This document shows positions 60,307 through 64,000 of a stretch of DNA of 64,000 bases, piece after piece. The stretch's first letter is position 1; each line of letters starts with the position of its first letter. The DNA is from Bacteroidales bacterium. Its GTDB lineage: Bacteria; Bacteroidota; Bacteroidia; Bacteroidales; UBA3663. A model generated the notes under the pieces. That model saw only the letters and a program-made list of their open reading frames with translations, ran no database searches and was not told where the DNA came from. The stretch spans positions 33,867 to 97,866 of the forward strand of contig JAZQQU010000062.1 in the NCBI GenBank assembly GCA_045629225.1, given 5' to 3'. Both the position numbers and the translations under genes were made by a program.

Positions 60307-61458
60307 TTACTCATCCCAATCCTCCTCAATGAGGTCCTCACTGGCCACACCCTCGATTACATAACTGTCATGACCGAATGGGTCAGCCTCCTCGTATTCA
60401 TCCTCTGCCTCGCGCGAGCGAGAGAGGTCAAGATTGCGATGAGTGAAAGTCTGAATACGATTGGCCTCGTCATTGAGCATTGTCCAAAGCATATCTTTCA
60501 GTTCGTCCAGGCCCTGACCGGCCACCGCGCTGATGAATACAGTCGGAACACCATCGGGCAACTCCTGACGCATCTGGTCGATCAGTTCATCGTCGAGCAT
60601 ATCACACTTCGTGATAGCTAACAGGCGCTGCTTATCCATCATCTCAGGGTTGTAGGTACGCAACTCGTTAAGCAGGATGTCATAATCCTTACGAATATCG
60701 TTCGAGTCGGCAGGAATCATGAAAAGGAGCGTTGAGTTGCGTTCTATATGACGTAAGAATCGCAATCCCAATCCCTTGCCTTCCGAAGCGCCCTCAATGA
60801 TACCAGGGATGTCGGCCATCACGAACGAACGGTTGTCGCGATAGGGCACCAGGCCCAGATTGGGCTCCATAGTGGTGAATGGATAGTCGGCAATCTTAGG
60901 TTTAGCCGCACTGATGCTACTCAATAGGGTAGATTTACCTGCATTGGGGAAGCCCACCAGACCTACGTCGGCCAGCAGTTTCAACTCAAGGATGACAGAA
61001 CGCTCGATGGCTGGTTCGCCTGGCTGTGCATAACGGGGAGCCTGGTTGGTAGCCGTGCGGAAATGCCAGTTGCCCAGACCTCCACGTCCGCCCTTCAGCA
61101 GCACGACCTTCTGGTCATGGTCTGTTATCTCACATAGGTACTCGCCTGTCTCAGCATCATAGACCACTGTGCCCATAGGCACCTCAATGATCACGTCCTT
61201 ACCATCCTTACCAAATGACTTGTTCTCACCGCCAGCCTGACCATCAGTAGCAAACACATGACGCTGGTAACGCAGGTGCAACAGGGTCCAATAATTGCGG
61301 TTGCCATGCAGGATCACAGAGCCTCCCTTACCGCCATCGCCGCCATCAGGGCCGCCCTTGGGGATGTATTTGGCACGGTGCAGGTGCGAACACCCCTTGC
61401 CCCCCTTACCTGAGCGGCAATATATCTTAACGTAGTCGACAAAATTACTTTCTGCCAT
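60307..61458 (-). CDS. obg: GTPase Obg
   Basis: [23 protein letters not shown] Obg fold and G motifs ([17 protein letters not shown]). Confidence 0.95.
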   Translation of the reverse strand: MAESNFVDYVKIYCRSGKGGKGCSHLHRAKYIPKGGPDGGDGGKGGSVILHGNRNYWTLLHLRYQRHVFATDGQAGGENKSFGKDGKDVIIEVPMGTVVYDAETGEYLCEITDHDQKVVLLKGGRGGLGNWHFRTATNQAPRYAQPGEPAIERSVILELKLLADVGLVGFPNAGKSTLLSSISAAKPKIADYPFTTMEPNLGLVPYRDNRSFVMADIPGIIEGASEGKGLGLRFLRHIERNSTLLFMIPADSNDIRKDYDILLNELRTYNPEMMDKQRLLAITKCDMLDDELIDQMRQELPDGVPTVFISAVAGQGLDELKDMLWTMLNDEANRIQTFTHRNLDLSRSREAEDEYEEADPFGHDSYVIEGVASEDLIEEDWDE

Positions 61459-61461
61459 CGT

Positions 61462-62166
61462 TTATTCAAAGAAATAGGTGAAACCAAAACTGAGGTTACG
61501 ATTCTGCTGAAACGAAGAATGCATGTTGATGAAGCCGAAATCGTAGGCTACATGCAACTGATAGTCCTTCAGATACATAGCACTGAACTGCAGACCCATG
61601 CCAAAGTCGAAACGATTGGATCCCAGGTCAGAGAAGAAGCCATCAGAACGACTGTTATGATTGACGGTCGAACTGTTGTACACCACCGTAGTGTCGGTCT
61701 TACGATTGCCAAACAGGCCAAATGCAAAGTATGGACCGGCCTCTGCCATCACACTCCAATCCTCGTTGACATACCATGCATAACCTGCATGTACAGGAAT
61801 TTCAAGGTAGTGAGTGGTATAATTATCCTTGAGCGTAGTAATAGTTTTGCTCTCAGCACTGGTCAACGAACCTTCGTAAGTAGCGCCTTTGATTGAGTAT
61901 TTCACCTCAACACGTCCAAATGTGTTGGGTGCTACATACTCTGAGCCATCTACCATAAGATTCAGACCAGCCTGCAAGCCTATGGAACTATCGTAAGGAC
62001 TACCAGAAAAGCTTGGGATGTTCAATCCGATCGTTGCACCTAACTTATATGGGGGCATACCTTCGACCTCCGACAACATCTGCGCATTCACTGTCGTGCA
62101 AAAAGCAGACATAAAGACTGCCACCAGGGCAGCAAAAAGATTCTTTTTAATCATCATAGTAGTCAT
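61462..62166 (-). CDS. small outer-membrane beta-barrel protein (porin/PorT-like family)
   Basis: Signal peptide, alternating beta pattern, and a ...FGFTYFFE C terminus. Confidence 0.5.
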   Translation of the reverse strand: MTTMMIKKNLFAALVAVFMSAFCTTVNAQMLSEVEGMPPYKLGATIGLNIPSFSGSPYDSSIGLQAGLNLMVDGSEYVAPNTFGRVEVKYSIKGATYEGSLTSAESKTITTLKDNYTTHYLEIPVHAGYAWYVNEDWSVMAEAGPYFAFGLFGNRKTDTTVVYNSSTVNHNSRSDGFFSDLGSNRFDFGMGLQFSAMYLKDYQLHVAYDFGFINMHSSFQQNRNLSFGFTYFFE

Positions 62167-62188
62167 TTTTTACAATTAAACTTCGGTG

Positions 62189-62196
62189 CAAAAATA
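62189..62196 (-). promoter_or_regulatory. -7 box for the barrel-obg-pgeF string
   Basis: Minus strand reads TATTTTTG with TTTG 20 nt upstream (plus-strand CAAA at 62217-62220). Confidence 0.55.
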
Positions 62197-62291
62197 ACCA
62201 ACTTTTACCACAAAAACAAATAATCGCACGAAATAATGACGCGAAACATGTTTTTTTTACACATTATTATATATTTTTAGGAAAAATGCCT

Positions 62292-62299
62292 TATCTTTG
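62292..62299 (+). promoter_or_regulatory. -7 box for rfbA
   Basis: TATCTTTG sits 26 nt before the ATG at 62325 and downstream of the ORF-track ATG at 62286. Confidence 0.55.
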
Positions 62300-62324
62300 C
62301 ACCCATACAATCACAGATATCACA

Positions 62325-63227
62325 ATGAAAGGTATAGTATTAGCAGGCGGTTCAGGCACTCGCCTCTACCCCATCACTAAGGGTGTGAGCAAGCAACTCA
62401 TCCCTATCTACGACAAGCCGATGGTCTATTATCCCATCTCGGTACTGATGCTGGCAGGCATCCGTGACATCCTCATCATCTCGACTCCCCATGATCTTCC
62501 GGGCTTCCGTCGTTTGTTAGGTGATGGTTCAGACTATGGCGTGCACTTCGAGTATGCCGAACAGCCTTCGCCCGATGGATTAGCTCAGGCCTTTCTGATT
62601 GGAGAGAAGTTCATTGGAGATGATGCAGTATGCCTCGTCCTCGGAGACAACATCTTCCACGGTATGGGATTCACGGGTATGCTCAAACAAGCCGTACGCA
62701 ATGCCGAACTGCACCAGAAGGCCACAGTCTTCGGATACTGGGTTAACGACCCTGAGCGCTATGGCGTGGCAGAGTTTGACAAAGAAGGCCATTGCCTAAG
62801 TATCGAAGAAAAGCCCGAGCACCCCAAGTCTAACTACGCAGTAGTGGGCCTCTACTTCTACCCGAACAAGGTGGTTCATGTGGCCAAAAACATCAAACCC
62901 TCGGCACGTGGCGAGCTTGAAATCACCACAGTCAACCAGTGGTTTCTCCACGATCAGGAACTGCTCGTTCAGACACTGGGCCGTGGCTTTGCTTGGCTCG
63001 ACACTGGCACACATGACTCACTCTCCGAGGCCTCGACTTTCATTGAAGTGATCGAAAAGCGCCAAGGTCTCAAGGTGGCCTGCCTTGAAGGCATTGCCTA
63101 TCGCCAGGGCTGGATCAGTACCGAGCAGATGCGCCAACTTGCCCAGCCTATGATCAAAAACCAGTATGGTCAATACCTACTCAAGGTCATTGACGAGATT
63201 GAGAGAGACGGAAGGAAAGAGTTGTAG
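62325..63227 (+). CDS. rfbA: glucose-1-phosphate thymidylyltransferase
   Basis: [18 protein letters not shown] and whole-length RfbA/RmlA pattern. Confidence 0.95.
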   Translation: MKGIVLAGGSGTRLYPITKGVSKQLIPIYDKPMVYYPISVLMLAGIRDILIISTPHDLPGFRRLLGDGSDYGVHFEYAEQPSPDGLAQAFLIGEKFIGDDAVCLVLGDNIFHGMGFTGMLKQAVRNAELHQKATVFGYWVNDPERYGVAEFDKEGHCLSIEEKPEHPKSNYAVVGLYFYPNKVVHVAKNIKPSARGELEITTVNQWFLHDQELLVQTLGRGFAWLDTGTHDSLSEASTFIEVIEKRQGLKVACLEGIAYRQGWISTEQMRQLAQPMIKNQYGQYLLKVIDEIERDGRKEL

Positions 63228-63251
63228 GGCTCTGGTTTATTTTCAACGTCA

Positions 63252-64000
63252 CTACTCCCCATACCGCACAAACATTCCCTTCACCTCCTGTTTCATTGCT
63301 TCGCGAAACTCCGCTGGCTCAAGCACCTCAAGCCCGCGGCCATGCGAAAGCAGATGAAGCAGGAGGTCGCGTGTTGTGTAGCAACTGAGCTCGAAATCAG
63401 AGTAGCCCTCTCCCTTCACCACCTCGCGTTGAGAGGCATGTAAGGGCAAGGTTCGCAAGTAGTTACATTCGTTGCCATAGGCACGCAGGCGAATCCGGGG
63501 CACTTCGCCCTCTCCAGTCCACACGCCAAAGCAACTGCCATAGAAATCCTGTGTCGAAAAGGCCGCTGGGGGTAGGAAGGGATCATCATGCAAGAGCTCG
63601 ACACGCAGCATGCGGTCCAAAGCGAATGTTGCAGCATGCACGCCATGGTTCTTTACCGCCAATAGGTACCAGCGTTGCTGATGGAGCTTCAAGCAATAGG
63701 GTTGCAGGTGGCACTCATAGGGATCGGCTCCATCGAACTTCTGATAGATTATCCCCAGGCAGCATTGGCGACGAAATGCTTCAACCACCGTAGCAAAATG
63801 CTCTGCTCCGCTGGGTGGGGCTTCGAGCAGGATGCGGTCTTTCACCTCCTGGCTGTCGGTCACGAGCTGACTGATGTTGAAGCTCGAGATGAGCCAATTG
63901 CTTAATTTGTTCCCCTGCTCTACATTTATATAGTATGTATTAGTGGGTTTATCGCAGTCAATTACTATGCCAAGCATATCCTGTATGGCCGATCGGTAGT
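63252..64000 (-). CDS. WYL-domain transcriptional regulator, N terminus beyond the window
   Basis: IIYQKF......YECHLQPYCLKLHQQRWYLLAV...FALDRMLRVELL matches the WYL-domain pattern. The frame stays open upstream of the ATG at 63977 to the window edge. Confidence 0.65.
   Translation of the reverse strand, partial: YRSAIQDMLGIVIDCDKPTNTYYINVEQGNKLSNWLISSFNISQLVTDSQEVKDRILLEAPPSGAEHFATVVEAFRRQCCLGIIYQKFDGADPYECHLQPYCLKLHQQRWYLLAVKNHGVHAATFALDRMLRVELLHDDPFLPPAAFSTQDFYGSCFGVWTGEGEVPRIRLRAYGNECNYLRTLPLHASQREVVKGEGYSDFELSCYTTRDLLLHLLSHGRGLEVLEPAEFREAMKQEVKGMFVRYGE

Noticed and set aside
1-64000. Searched for mobile elements, prophage, a defence island, and tRNA or rRNA genes.
   Set aside because: I recognise no integrase, transposase, phage, restriction, toxin-antitoxin, cas, tRNA-like or rRNA-like sequence. 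Composition looks uniform by eye. The window appears to be core chromosome.

Overview
This 64-kb window looks like a largely core chromosomal region of a Bacteroidota genome. The lineage call rests on SusC/SusD pairs, T9SS C-terminal sorting domains and TTTG-N20-TAnnTTTG promoters. A Prevotellaceae-like origin is inference only. I support about 50 protein genes. They include a TonB-dependent receptor/DUF4249 cluster and an L-arabinose block (GH51, GH97, galM, two sugar transporters, araD-araA-araB, a lactonase). There is also a SusC/SusD pair followed by a lipoprotein and three T9SS-tailed proteins of unknown function. The rest is housekeeping or envelope: groES-groEL, porQ-cmk-ispH-pfkA, tonB, exbB-exbD-exbD, a T9SS-tailed pectate lyase, pyrH, frr, rsgA, obg, pgeF and rfbA. 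A WYL-domain regulator is cut by the window edge. I found no rRNA, tRNA, CRISPR, integrase, transposase or recognisable defence genes. The most unusual signals are not genes. Three strictly phased 41-bp tandem arrays are built from two palindromic modules used in a mosaic way (20970, 28410, 37038). An unrelated 42-bp hairpin array lies at 54102. All four begin at or just after the stop codon of a plus-strand gene. Other points are a set of locus-specific hairpins whose arms are short tandem repeats, an orphan promoter-terminator pair suggesting a ~70-nt sRNA, a heptanucleotide repeat inside rsgA, and the enzyme-less, regulator-less SusCD/T9SS-cargo cluster. All functional readings of these are hypotheses.
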